Of a stretch of DNA of 39,723 bases, positions 25,521 to 35,159 are shown in pieces. The notes below the pieces were generated by a model. The model saw only the letters and a program-made list of their open reading frames with translations, made no database searches and had not been told where the DNA came from. The translations under genes were made by a program, and so were the position numbers. Numbering within the stretch: position 1 is the first letter of the stretch; every line of letters starts with the position of its first letter. The stretch comes from a virus (lineage: Duplodnaviria > Heunggongvirae > Uroviricota > Caudoviricetes): the IMG/VR virus record IMGVR_UViG_2537562231_000011, one strand, 5' to 3'.

Positions 25521-26654
25521 ATGAAGACAGAAAATCACCCAAAAGACGCAAATCGCCCCTCCGGTTTAGCCGTGCTTTCAGCTTCGCTGACTGCATCCGG
25601 CGACGGATGGTGTCAGTTACTGCCAGCCGGTCGGGTAAAGGCCCGTGACGGTCGCCCGGAAAAACCGACTGAAGGCTGGCTGATTAACGAATCCGCCTGT
25701 AACCGGATGAAAGCCGGGCTTTCCGCCCTGCATCAGCCGTTACTGATTGATTATGACCATCACTCCGTGAATGCGCAGAAAAACGGATTCAAGGCTATTG
25801 CTGCAGGATGGGTTAAGCCGGAAAACATCGAATGGCGTGAGGGTCAGGGGGTTTTCATTAAACCTGAATGGACACCACAGGCACAAAAACATATTGATGA
25901 CCGTGAATATGCCTATCTGTCTGCATATATGCATTATTTCGCTGACACCGGGGAACCCTACCTGTTGCGCATGGCTTCCCTGACGAATGATCCGGGTATT
26001 ACGGGTATGAACCCTGTCGCGGCACTCAGTGCTGATGATCTCTATGTCGTTTCCCCTTCTCAGGAGCAATCCCCCATGAATGAGCAATTACGCCAGTTGC
26101 TGACGGCGCTCGGTCTGACCGTGGCTGACGGTGACGAATTTACACCGGAACTGGGCACGGCGGCGCTGTCTGCCCTTACCGGGATCAAAACCCGTGCGGA
26201 TGCGCACGACACCCTGAAAACGCAGGTTGCCAGCCTGTCGGCAGAACTGGAAACCGCAAAAGGCACACCAACTGGCGGCACTATTGATCTGACGAAATAT
26301 GTGCCCGTTGAGACGTATAACGCCCTGCGTACCGAATATGCCGCGCTGTCGGCACAACACGGCAGCACCACGCTGGAGCAGTTGCTGGATAAGGCCGAGT
26401 CCGAAGGACGCATTTTCAAAAGCGAACGCGGATACATGGAAGGACTCGGACAACAGATTGGCGTCGCGGCACTTTCTGCACAGCTTGACGCCCGCCAGCC
26501 GGTTGCGGCTCTGACCACTCTTCAGACCGACACCGTAACCGTGCCGGATAAAAAGACCGCCACCGCTGTGCTGTCGGCTGAAGATATCGCCGCCGCACGT
26601 CTGTTGGGTAAAACCGAAGCCGAGTTCCTGAAAATGAAAGAGGAAATGCAATAA
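25521..26654 (+). CDS. Head maturation protease / scaffold (Mu I / gp32-like)
   Basis: 377 aa; position before the major head gene; Ala-rich coiled-coil C-terminal half consistent with a scaffold domain. Confidence 0.75.
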   Translation: MKTENHPKDANRPSGLAVLSASLTASGDGWCQLLPAGRVKARDGRPEKPTEGWLINESACNRMKAGLSALHQPLLIDYDHHSVNAQKNGFKAIAAGWVKPENIEWREGQGVFIKPEWTPQAQKHIDDREYAYLSAYMHYFADTGEPYLLRMASLTNDPGITGMNPVAALSADDLYVVSPSQEQSPMNEQLRQLLTALGLTVADGDEFTPELGTAALSALTGIKTRADAHDTLKTQVASLSAELETAKGTPTGGTIDLTKYVPVETYNALRTEYAALSAQHGSTTLEQLLDKAESEGRIFKSERGYMEGLGQQIGVAALSAQLDARQPVAALTTLQTDTVTVPDKKTATAVLSAEDIAAARLLGKTEAEFLKMKEEMQ

Positions 26655-27601
26655 TGCCTACCCCGATTACACCGGCGATGATCACCGCCCTGATGACGGG
26701 CTACCGTTCTGATTTTCAGGCCGGGATGTCCATGGCTCCGTCGCAGTACCAGAAAATTGCGATGACCGTGCCGTCCACCTCGAAATCCAACACCTACGGC
26801 TGGCTGGGGCAGTTCCCGCAGTTCCGTGAGTGGATCGGCTCCCGCGTCATCGAGAAGATGAAAGCCTATGGCTACGCCATCGTGAACAAAACCTTTGAAG
26901 GCACCGTTGCCATTAGCCGCGATGACTTTGAAGACGACAATCTCGGCATCTACTCCCCGTTATTCCAGGAAATGGGTCGTGCCGCTGCGGCACAACCGGA
27001 TGAACTGGTCTTTGCTGCACTGCGTGATGGTCTGAATGCGGCCTGCTATGACGGCCAGAACTTCTTTGATACCGAACACCCTGTTTACCCCAAAGTGGAT
27101 GGCTCCGGTGATGCACAGATGGTCAGCAATATGTTTGTGGCAAAAACCGGCTCTGTCGGTGCACAGGCGGATTACAGCGGCCCGGCCTGGTATCTGCTTG
27201 ACTGCTCCCGCGCGGTAAAACCGCTGATTTATCAGGATCGCCGCAAAGCCGAACTGGTTGCCCAGACAAAAGTCGATGAAGGCCGTGCGTTTACTGATAA
27301 CGAGTTTGTGTTCGGTGCTTCCGCCCGTCGCAATGTGGGCTACGGCTTCTGGCAGATGGCCTACATGATGCAGTCACCGCTGACGCTGGATGCGCTGTGG
27401 CACGGCTGGTCAGCCATGCGTGACTTTAAGGCTGACGGTGGCCGCAAACTCGGCATCAAACCCACCCATATTGTTGTCCCCACCTCGCTGGAAAAACAGG
27501 CGGTGCAGCTGCTGGAGCGCGAGCTGTTCGCAGACGGTAACGCCACAGTCTCTAACGAGATGAAGGGCAAGCTGGAGCTGGTTGTCGCGGATTATCTGTA
27601 A
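26654..27601 (+). CDS. Major head subunit (Mu T / gp34-like)
   Basis: 315 aa; start overlaps the I-like stop (TAATG); size and position. Confidence 0.8.
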   Translation: MPTPITPAMITALMTGYRSDFQAGMSMAPSQYQKIAMTVPSTSKSNTYGWLGQFPQFREWIGSRVIEKMKAYGYAIVNKTFEGTVAISRDDFEDDNLGIYSPLFQEMGRAAAAQPDELVFAALRDGLNAACYDGQNFFDTEHPVYPKVDGSGDAQMVSNMFVAKTGSVGAQADYSGPAWYLLDCSRAVKPLIYQDRRKAELVAQTKVDEGRAFTDNEFVFGASARRNVGYGFWQMAYMMQSPLTLDALWHGWSAMRDFKADGGRKLGIKPTHIVVPTSLEKQAVQLLERELFADGNATVSNEMKGKLELVVADYL

Positions 27602-27644
27602 ACGGTGAGCCGGGCTTACGGCCCGGCCCCTGCGGAGGGCAAAT

Positions 27645-28004
27645 ATGAATGAACATCACACTGTGGCAGCAACAGATGATTCAGGCCTTCAGGTCAGTGG
27701 TGACAGTCCTGTCACGGTACTGGCAGAAGTGCGTTGCAGTCGTACGCATTTTCGTCGTGCGGGGTTCCTGTTCATGCGGGGACGCCAGCAGGTTGACGTC
27801 ACCCCGGAGCAGCTTGCCCGACTGGAAGCGGAGCCATGCCTCACTGTACGAATACTACAGACGCCTGGTGATGATGCGGGAGCCGTGGCGGGTGTGGTTC
27901 ATGCAGAGACCGGTGCAGATTTAGCCGAAGCCGAAACCGTACAGGATGCTCCCCGGAAAAAGACCGGCAATAACGCCAGACAGGCGAAAAAGGCGCGCGC
28001 ATGA
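27645..28004 (+). CDS. Hypothetical protein (Mu gp35-like position)
   Basis: 119 aa with GGAGGG ribosome-binding site; basic C-terminus. Confidence 0.4.
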   Translation: MNEHHTVAATDDSGLQVSGDSPVTVLAEVRCSRTHFRRAGFLFMRGRQQVDVTPEQLARLEAEPCLTVRILQTPGDDAGAVAGVVHAETGADLAEAETVQDAPRKKTGNNARQAKKARA

Positions 28005-28420
28005 ATTACGCCACCGAAACCGATATGCGGGCACGTTACCGCGAGGATTTGCTCAGGCCATTACTGGCCGTGCCCCGTTCGGATGAACCGGACACGCGCA
28101 AGCTGAACCGGGCACTGACGGACGCGTCTGCCCTTATCGACAGCTATCTGTCTTCCCGTTACACGCTGCCGCTGGCGGTGGTTCCGGCGGTCCTTGTTCA
28201 GCATTGCTGCACGATTGCCTTTTATTACCTGTGCGATCAGCGGGCATCCGATCAGGCGCGTGACCGTTACCGTGAGGCGCTGGCCTGGCTGAAAGATGTC
28301 ATGAACGGTAACGTGCCGGTCGGCGTGGATACAGACGGTGCGGCCCCTGAATCCGGGGATTTACCGCAGGTGCAGTCTGATGCGGCGGTGTTCGGGCGCA
28401 ACCAGAAGGGCTTTATATGA
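28001..28420 (+). CDS. Head-tail joining protein (Mu gp36 / DUF1320-like)
   Basis: 139 aa; position and size. Confidence 0.55.
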   Translation: MNYATETDMRARYREDLLRPLLAVPRSDEPDTRKLNRALTDASALIDSYLSSRYTLPLAVVPAVLVQHCCTIAFYYLCDQRASDQARDRYREALAWLKDVMNGNVPVGVDTDGAAPESGDLPQVQSDAAVFGRNQKGFI

Positions 28421-28980
28421 TTACGGAAACCGAGCAGGCGTACATCGCCCGTATCCGTGAGTATTTCGGGAATGAACTGGTGTCTGTTGACACACATCCC
28501 GGCGACTGGAGCGACAGCGTACTGCGCACCATGCTGATTAACGCCCCGGCTATCTATGTTGCCTGGCTGGGTGCCGGTGAAGGGCGTACCCGTGGGCGTC
28601 TGGTCAGTCACTGGGTGTTCTACGTCATCGGCGACATGCTCAATGGCCGTGAGGTCAGCCGTCCCGGGCTTTATCAGATTGTGGCCCGCCTGATTACCGT
28701 GCTGGACGGCTTCAGAGCAGAAAAAACCTCACCGCTTTACTTTGAAAAGGCGGTCAACGGTTACACCGAAACGCAGGCAGGCAGCGGTGCCGTGATGTAC
28801 GCCCTGTATTTCTCATGCGAGGAAATGATCGACCCGCTGACGGATATCAGCTCGCTGGATGATTTCCTGCGCCATTACGAAACCTTTACCGAACCGGAAG
28901 GCACGCCGGAATTTAAGGCACACATCCGTCTGCCTGGTGCAACTGCCGCCGGTGAAAACGCCGGACTGTCAGAGGAATAA
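28417..28980 (+). CDS. Virion protein (Mu gp37 / DUF1834-like)
   Basis: 187 aa; position and size. Confidence 0.55.
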   Translation: MITETEQAYIARIREYFGNELVSVDTHPGDWSDSVLRTMLINAPAIYVAWLGAGEGRTRGRLVSHWVFYVIGDMLNGREVSRPGLYQIVARLITVLDGFRAEKTSPLYFEKAVNGYTETQAGSGAVMYALYFSCEEMIDPLTDISSLDDFLRHYETFTEPEGTPEFKAHIRLPGATAAGENAGLSEE

Positions 28981-28983
28981 CAG

Positions 28984-29262
28984 ATGACAACCATTTTTAT
29001 TAAACCTGCGCCGGGATGCCTGATCCGCGATCCCGACACGATGACTCCGCTCTCTCAGGACGGGGAAGAGAAACCCTTCACTCCGTTCTGGTGCCGCCGT
29101 CTTAATGATGGCGACGTCATTGTGGTGGATAAAACGGCGGAGCCTGCCCCGGCTGCCACAACTGCTAATACCGGCGCGGCGGCAAAACCAGCGGGAGCGG
29201 TAGCAGAAAAAACTGCGGCGGTGGCTGAAAAAACCGCAGCATCAGATAAGGGGACGTCCTGA
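28984..29262 (+). CDS. Small protein (Mu gp38-like) with Ala-rich low-complexity C-terminus
   Basis: 92 aa, directly upstream of the sheath gene. Confidence 0.45.
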   Translation: MTTIFIKPAPGCLIRDPDTMTPLSQDGEEKPFTPFWCRRLNDGDVIVVDKTAEPAPAATTANTGAAAKPAGAVAEKTAAVAEKTAASDKGTS

Positions 29263-30764
29263 TGATTAACTTTGATTATATCGGCGATAACAATCGCATT
29301 CCGCTGGTACAGATTGAAATCAATAATTCAATGGCCGTGACCGGCACTCCACCACAGCGTCAGGCGGTACTGTTGTTTGGTCAGGCTGCAATGAAAGACA
29401 CTACCATTCAGGGGCGCGGTCAGCTTGATGTACCAGTACGTATTACCCGAGCTTCACAAGCAAGAGAACTCTGGGGGCGAGGTTCCATGATTGCACTGAT
29501 GGTAGAGGAATTTATCGCCATTAACCCTGACACAGAGTTATATGCCATTGCACAGGGGGCTGGAACAGGTCAGTCCAGGGCATGCGTGATGAATATCATT
29601 GGAACAGCATTGGCAGACGGGGTGTTAAGTGTTTACATCGGCGGTCGCCGTTACCTCCTGCCCGTCAGTAAGGGGAAAAAAGGTAAAGAGCTTGTGGCAG
29701 AGCTGGCTAAGGTCATTAACGCTGACACTGATGCGCCATTCACTGCTATCGCAGCTGAAGTCAGTGGTGATAATGCTGAAGGACTTAAAGGCAGCATGGG
29801 GGTTAACGCCCGCTTTATCGGTGAATGCTCAGCTCATGATTTACGGGTGAACTATTATGACGGTGAAACTACACCGGCCGGTCTTACGCTGGAGCTCGTC
29901 GCGCCAACACAGAAGGCAACAAACCCCGATATCACCCGTAGCGTCTCAGGGATGGGGAATCGTCAGTACAACTACATCGTCATGCCCTATAAGGATGCGG
30001 CAAATCTCAAAATTCTGGCGGATGAACTGCTGAAACGCTGGGGACCGGTAAAAATGTCGGACGGTATGGTCTGGATGGCGCATACCGGCACCTTCGGTAC
30101 GGCAACCAGTTTTGGTGAATCCCGTAATGACTTCCTGTTTACCTGCACTTCTATTCCTAAAGCACCAGAGCCGGATTATGTCTGGGCGGCCTCCATTTGT
30201 GCGGTCTGTGCGCCCTCCCTGTCAACGGATCCGGCCCGACCATTACAGACACTGGCGCTGCCTGCCCGTATGGCACCTGAAGCACCGGCTCGTCTGACGC
30301 GGGAAGAGCGAAACAGCCTGCTTTATACCGGCATGTCCACGGTGACCGTCGCGGCCGCGGATGTGGTGCAGATTGAACGTCAGGTGACGATGTACCGTCA
30401 GAATGCATACGGCGAAATCGATCCCAGCTATCTGGATGTGGAAACCATCTACACCCTGTCATATCTGCGTTATTCCCTGCGCACCTTTATCACGCAGCGT
30501 TTTCCGCGCCATAAACTGGCTGATGACGGGACGCCCGTTCGTGCCGGTCAGAATATCGTGACACCGGAGATCATGAAACTTCAGTTAATTTCGCTGGGGG
30601 AAGAATGGGTGGATCTGGGACTGGTCGAAAATCTGGACACCTTTAAAAAGAATCTGCTCGTGGAGCGCAACACAAAAGACCGTAACCGTCTGGATGTGAT
30701 GTGTACACCGGATCTGGTTAACCAGTTCCGCTTCATGGCCGCGCAGATCCGTTTCATTTTGTGA
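29262..30764 (+). CDS. Contractile tail sheath protein (Mu L / gp39-like)
   Basis: 500 aa; position followed by a small tube gene. Confidence 0.85.
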   Translation: MINFDYIGDNNRIPLVQIEINNSMAVTGTPPQRQAVLLFGQAAMKDTTIQGRGQLDVPVRITRASQARELWGRGSMIALMVEEFIAINPDTELYAIAQGAGTGQSRACVMNIIGTALADGVLSVYIGGRRYLLPVSKGKKGKELVAELAKVINADTDAPFTAIAAEVSGDNAEGLKGSMGVNARFIGECSAHDLRVNYYDGETTPAGLTLELVAPTQKATNPDITRSVSGMGNRQYNYIVMPYKDAANLKILADELLKRWGPVKMSDGMVWMAHTGTFGTATSFGESRNDFLFTCTSIPKAPEPDYVWAASICAVCAPSLSTDPARPLQTLALPARMAPEAPARLTREERNSLLYTGMSTVTVAAADVVQIERQVTMYRQNAYGEIDPSYLDVETIYTLSYLRYSLRTFITQRFPRHKLADDGTPVRAGQNIVTPEIMKLQLISLGEEWVDLGLVENLDTFKKNLLVERNTKDRNRLDVMCTPDLVNQFRFMAAQIRFIL

Positions 30765-30772
30765 GGTAAGGC

Positions 30773-31138
30773 ATGAGCGGAAAACAGTATCAGGGCACGG
30801 CCACCATCCGTGTGAACGGGCAGGAGTACGACACCCTTGAGGGGGCCACGTTCTCCCCGTCCGGCTTTGAGCGTGAAGTGGTGAAAGGCGCGAAAGTTTA
30901 CGGCTATCGCGAGAAACCCCGTGAGGCGACGCTGGACTGTAAATTCCCGGCGGGCGGAGAAGGTTCACCGGCTGCCGATGAAATCAACACCTGGACTGCG
31001 GTCACGATTGAGTTCGTGGCCGATACCGGTGAAGTCCACATGATGACGAAGGCCTGGAGCAGTGAACCGGCCTCGCTTGACGGTGGTGGTGATATCTCCG
31101 CGAAGTTCGCCAGCGCCACCAGTACCCGTGTCCAGTAA
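30773..31138 (+). CDS. Tail tube protein (Mu M / gp40-like)
   Basis: 121 aa immediately after the sheath gene. Confidence 0.75.
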   Translation: MSGKQYQGTATIRVNGQEYDTLEGATFSPSGFEREVVKGAKVYGYREKPREATLDCKFPAGGEGSPAADEINTWTAVTIEFVADTGEVHMMTKAWSSEPASLDGGGDISAKFASATSTRVQ

Positions 31139-31152
31139 TCAGGAAAAATGTA

Positions 31153-31629
31153 ATGAGCACACGTAAGAAAAAAACGGCGGTTTCTGACGAGGCCGTGATG
31201 GAGGCTATCCGGGATGCACTTGAAGACGGCGATCCCCGCACCGCCGGGCTGGCTGAACAACTGGCGAACGGCTATGTGGATCTGCTCGACGGTCTGCCGT
31301 TCGGGGAATCCCGTGAATACCGCGTCACCTTCCGCGAACTGACGGCAAAAGACAGCATTGATGCGGAGAGCGAGGCCGAGCGTCTTATGGAAACCCGAAA
31401 CGGTCCGGTTCTTGTGGCCTCACCGGCACTGCGCGGCATTGCGCTGCTGCGCCGTCAGATTGCCGCTGTCGGCCAGATTGAGGGGCCATTGTCTCCGCGT
31501 CAGATAGGACAGCTCAGCGAGCGCGATCTCTCCCGACTGATGGCGGCAGTAAGCCTGCTTGATTCCGCGATGGCCGGAAAGCTGGTCGCTGAACGGGGGC
31601 GACCAGATGCAGTGCCGGGATCAGATTGA
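31153..31629 (+). CDS. Tail assembly chaperone (Mu gp41-like)
   Basis: 158 aa, acidic, between tube and tape measure. Confidence 0.55.
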   Translation: MSTRKKKTAVSDEAVMEAIRDALEDGDPRTAGLAEQLANGYVDLLDGLPFGESREYRVTFRELTAKDSIDAESEAERLMETRNGPVLVASPALRGIALLRRQIAAVGQIEGPLSPRQIGQLSERDLSRLMAAVSLLDSAMAGKLVAERGRPDAVPGSD

Positions 31630-31753
31630 AGAAGCCGCAATTGTGCTGGGGATGGTGACAAAAAGCGGCCCGGAGTGGGCGCTTAACCTCCCCTTATCGC
31701 AGCTTTACCGGCACTGCCGACAGACCGAAAAAATTCTCAGAACGAAGCAGTAA
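31607..31753 (+). CDS. Small ORF filling the chaperone-to-tape-measure gap (48 codons, +1 frame relative to the chaperone)
   Basis: ATG at 31607 after GGGGG; ends 3 bp before the tape measure start. Independent gene or frameshift extension is unresolved. Confidence 0.3.
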   Translation: MQCRDQIEEAAIVLGMVTKSGPEWALNLPLSQLYRHCRQTEKILRTKQ

Positions 31754-31756
31754 CCC

Positions 31757-33814
31757 ATGGCAAAAAACCTGAAAGCCTCCCTGATTGTCGATTTACTCGG
31801 CAATATTTCTGCCAAATCCCGCCAGTGGTCACAGGAGCTGGGGGCATTCTCCCGTTCCGGCAGGACGGGGCTGGGTGGTCTTGGAAATGCAGCACGTCGT
31901 GCCGGTCAGGAGACAGAACTTGTCGGCTCCCGTATGCAGCGAACGCTTGCCGGTGTTCGTGGCAGTATCCGCACGGTGACGTCAGATTTTGACCGCCTTC
32001 AGGGCAGCATTACCGGCACCATCGGGCGGATAAGCAACCTTTACGGGATGCTGGCGGGAGGGGCTGCGGTCTACGGGTTTAATAAAGCCTTTATCCGCCC
32101 GGCCGCAGAGATGGAGAACTATATTCTGCGTCTCAACGCCATTAATCATGGCGATACGGCAAAAACGGAAGCAGTGAAAGCCTGGGCGGTACAGAACGCC
32201 AAAGACACCACCTGGGGGCTGGCGGGGGTTATGCAGGAATACGCCTCCAGTCGCGGGTTCGGTATGAGTGACAGGGAAGCCCGTCGCTTTATTACCATGC
32301 TTCAGGATCAGGGCGGCTATCACGGCTGGTCACTGTCAGATGCACAGGGTGCGTCCCTGCAACTCAAACAGATGTTTGCCCGCCAGAGTATCCAGGCAGC
32401 GGACGCCAATATTCTGACCGGATACGGGATTAACGTTTACCAGTTGCTGGCCGATAAGCTGGGTGTAAACCAGAAGATCATCCGTGAGAAAGGCGAGAAA
32501 GGAAAACTGGGACCGGACAGCATTCGCCTGTTATTTCAGGTGATGGCCGAACAGGCAAAAGGTGCCCAGAAAAACGCCATGAATTCCTGGACGGGAATGA
32601 CGTCCATGATGGGCGATGTCTGGGACGGATTTGCCCGCGAGGTGATGGCAAAGGGACCGTTTGACAGCCTGAAAAAGAGCCTGAAAGGCTTTCTGGATTA
32701 TGCTGATGCGGCACAGAAAAGCGGCTTACAGGATAAGCTGGCCACACAGACGGCCTCAGCCCTGAATCAGGGATTTGAGTATGCCAGAGACGCTGCGACC
32801 GGCTTTTACCGGGTCATTCAGAAAGTCAGGGAAACGCTTCAGGCACTGCGCGACGCCGGTTATGGCGATGCGCTGGATCGCATTGGTCAGGGTGCGCAGA
32901 CCGCCGCAAAGTACCTGATGTATATGTATCTCGCCTCCCGTGCGCTGAAGGTGCTCAGGTTTGCGGGGACGGGGGCATTACGTCTCGGCGCAACCCCCTT
33001 ACGCTATGGCATGGCGATGACCTCCGTGCTGACGTCGCCCTTCCGCAAACCGCAGACCACTGTACCGGGAACGCAGCCCGGACGCGCTGGCCGGTTCCTG
33101 AATTTCCTTACCGGGGTAAATCCGGCTGCCGTTCAGCCCGTGCTGGTCACCAATTGGCCTGCGGGTGGCCTGGCCTCAGGTGGCGGGGATGTGGTGGTCA
33201 GCGGTGACGGCAAAACCGTGCGCGGCCGTAAAAAACGCGGCCCCGGACGTGGACGGGGTGTCACGACCGTCGTGACTGCCGGTGAGCAACTGGCGGAGAG
33301 TGCCGGTAAACAGGGCTTCTTCGGTCGTATGATGAGCCGTGCCGGTGGTCTGCTAACGGCGGCCGGAAACCGCATGGGGCTGGGGCGTTTTGCCGGGCTG
33401 TTCCGTGGTGCCGGTCGGCTGGGTGGTGGTGCCCTGTGGGCCGGTGCCATGGCGGCTCCTGTACTGCTGGACAGCAGCGCCAGTGCAGCCGATAAAGCCG
33501 GTGCCGTGGGTTCCCTTGCCGGAAGTATCGCCGGTGGCGCGCTGGGGGCGGCTGCCGGTCCGGTCGGGGTTGCCATTGGTTCCACGGTGGGCAGCTATCT
33601 CGGTGATTATCTGGGGGGCTGGCTGACGCAGGCCTGGCAGAAACTGCGTGGCGGCAGTGACGAAAACGGCGGACAGGCCACCGCGAAAACCGCCGCACGG
33701 GTGGAGCTTGTTGCCCCTGAAGGCTGGCGGGCGCGCAGTATTGATGTGGATGATACCGCACAGCATGGCCTGGATGTGAACGTCTGGAACGGAGGGAACT
33801 ATGGCCTCTACTGA
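31757..33814 (+). CDS. Tail tape measure protein (Mu gp42-like)
   Basis: 685 aa, Gly/Ala-rich C-terminal region, position after the chaperone. Confidence 0.8.
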   Translation: MAKNLKASLIVDLLGNISAKSRQWSQELGAFSRSGRTGLGGLGNAARRAGQETELVGSRMQRTLAGVRGSIRTVTSDFDRLQGSITGTIGRISNLYGMLAGGAAVYGFNKAFIRPAAEMENYILRLNAINHGDTAKTEAVKAWAVQNAKDTTWGLAGVMQEYASSRGFGMSDREARRFITMLQDQGGYHGWSLSDAQGASLQLKQMFARQSIQAADANILTGYGINVYQLLADKLGVNQKIIREKGEKGKLGPDSIRLLFQVMAEQAKGAQKNAMNSWTGMTSMMGDVWDGFAREVMAKGPFDSLKKSLKGFLDYADAAQKSGLQDKLATQTASALNQGFEYARDAATGFYRVIQKVRETLQALRDAGYGDALDRIGQGAQTAAKYLMYMYLASRALKVLRFAGTGALRLGATPLRYGMAMTSVLTSPFRKPQTTVPGTQPGRAGRFLNFLTGVNPAAVQPVLVTNWPAGGLASGGGDVVVSGDGKTVRGRKKRGPGRGRGVTTVVTAGEQLAESAGKQGFFGRMMSRAGGLLTAAGNRMGLGRFAGLFRGAGRLGGGALWAGAMAAPVLLDSSASAADKAGAVGSLAGSIAGGALGAAAGPVGVAIGSTVGSYLGDYLGGWLTQAWQKLRGGSDENGGQATAKTAARVELVAPEGWRARSIDVDDTAQHGLDVNVWNGGNYGLY

Positions 33815-35159
33815 CACGCCGGGGCGTGGCTCCTTTCGTGGCGTACCGTTCCTGGTTTATCAGGAGCAGCGGGAACGGGGCGGACGTAACATTGTGCGCC
33901 GTGAATACCCACTGCGTGAAAGCGGCGGTGCGGATGATCTGGGGCCAAAACTCCCGGAGTTCACATTCACGGTTCTGGTGACCGGAGACGATCTTCAGAC
34001 ACAGCGAAGCCGCCTGCGTGATGCGCTGCGTGCACCCGGTGCCGGTGAACTGATGCACCCGGATTACGGCACGTTAAACGTGCTGATAAACAGCTTTGAA
34101 AGCCGTTATAACGCCAGCGAGCAGGGAACGGTTGAGTTCACGATCAACGTGATCCCCGCCAGTGACGATACCGCCCCTGCGGTGGCAGAAGATACGGCAG
34201 CTGCGCTGGAGCAGAAAAGCGGCTCAGCAATGAATCAGCTGTTTAACACGCTTTCAGACGGCTGGACGGTGATTTCAGACGGTCTGCATGATGTACAGGC
34301 CATGACCGACACCATCAGCGATAAGATTGATGCACTGGAGAATGCCGTTTCGGGGATGGGGATTGTGCAGGATATCAGTGCCTTTACGGCCAGTTTTACT
34401 GCCCTGAAAGGCAATGCCGCCGCCCTGATTAATGCGCCCCGTCGCATGGCTGAATCGCTGGCCGGAATGTTTGCCGTGCTGACCGGGCTGCCCGGCGATC
34501 CTTCCCTGTCTCTGACCGGAAAAGCCGGAACGCCGTCCGGCAGCCTGACCACAAACCGTGACAGCATGGCAGAGCAGGCCATGCCGCAGCTGTACCGCAC
34601 ACTTTCCTCCCTGCGTTACACCCTCAGCGAACAGGATGATCCACAGCGCCTGATTGGCCTGACGCCTGCGGCACAGAAAAATATCCGTCTGCTGCGGAGC
34701 GTGATGCAGAGTGCAACCCTGGTGTCGCAGGCACAGACGCTCGGAAAACTGCTGGATCAGGTCATCCGGCAGAATACGACGCACGTTCAGGATACTGACC
34801 GTTCGGGCGGACTGGCCTGGCTGGAAAGTTCTGCTGATGTGCAGCGTATCAACCGGGATTTGAGCGATGCCATGGAACAACAGGTGCTGGATCTGTCCGC
34901 ACAGGGCTATACCGGGACTGCCCTTGCATTACGTGATGCAGGGCTTGCGCTGACAGAAGATTTAACCACACGGAGCGTGCATCTTCCCGGTGCTTTTCAG
35001 GTCATGGTTCGCACCACCGAACCGGCACTGGTCACGCTGTACCGTGCCACCGGCAACAGCAGTCGCTGGCAGTATTTTGTCCGCAGAAACAATATCCCCG
35101 ATCCGGTTTTTGTTCCGGGTGGCCGCAGCGTGGAGGTGATCAGTGAGCAGCAGGATTGA
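33801..35159 (+). CDS. DNA circularisation protein (Mu N / gp43-like)
   Basis: 452 aa; position after the tape measure; N-terminal FRGVPFLV...RRNIVRREYPLRE matches the family as I recall it. Confidence 0.7.
   Translation: MASTDTPGRGSFRGVPFLVYQEQRERGGRNIVRREYPLRESGGADDLGPKLPEFTFTVLVTGDDLQTQRSRLRDALRAPGAGELMHPDYGTLNVLINSFESRYNASEQGTVEFTINVIPASDDTAPAVAEDTAAALEQKSGSAMNQLFNTLSDGWTVISDGLHDVQAMTDTISDKIDALENAVSGMGIVQDISAFTASFTALKGNAAALINAPRRMAESLAGMFAVLTGLPGDPSLSLTGKAGTPSGSLTTNRDSMAEQAMPQLYRTLSSLRYTLSEQDDPQRLIGLTPAAQKNIRLLRSVMQSATLVSQAQTLGKLLDQVIRQNTTHVQDTDRSGGLAWLESSADVQRINRDLSDAMEQQVLDLSAQGYTGTALALRDAGLALTEDLTTRSVHLPGAFQVMVRTTEPALVTLYRATGNSSRWQYFVRRNNIPDPVFVPGGRSVEVISEQQD

Noticed and set aside
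31559-31753. A lambda-style -1 frameshift extension of the Mu-like tail chaperone
   Set aside because: The overlapping ORF is in the +1 frame relative to the chaperone, not -1, and has its own plausible start.
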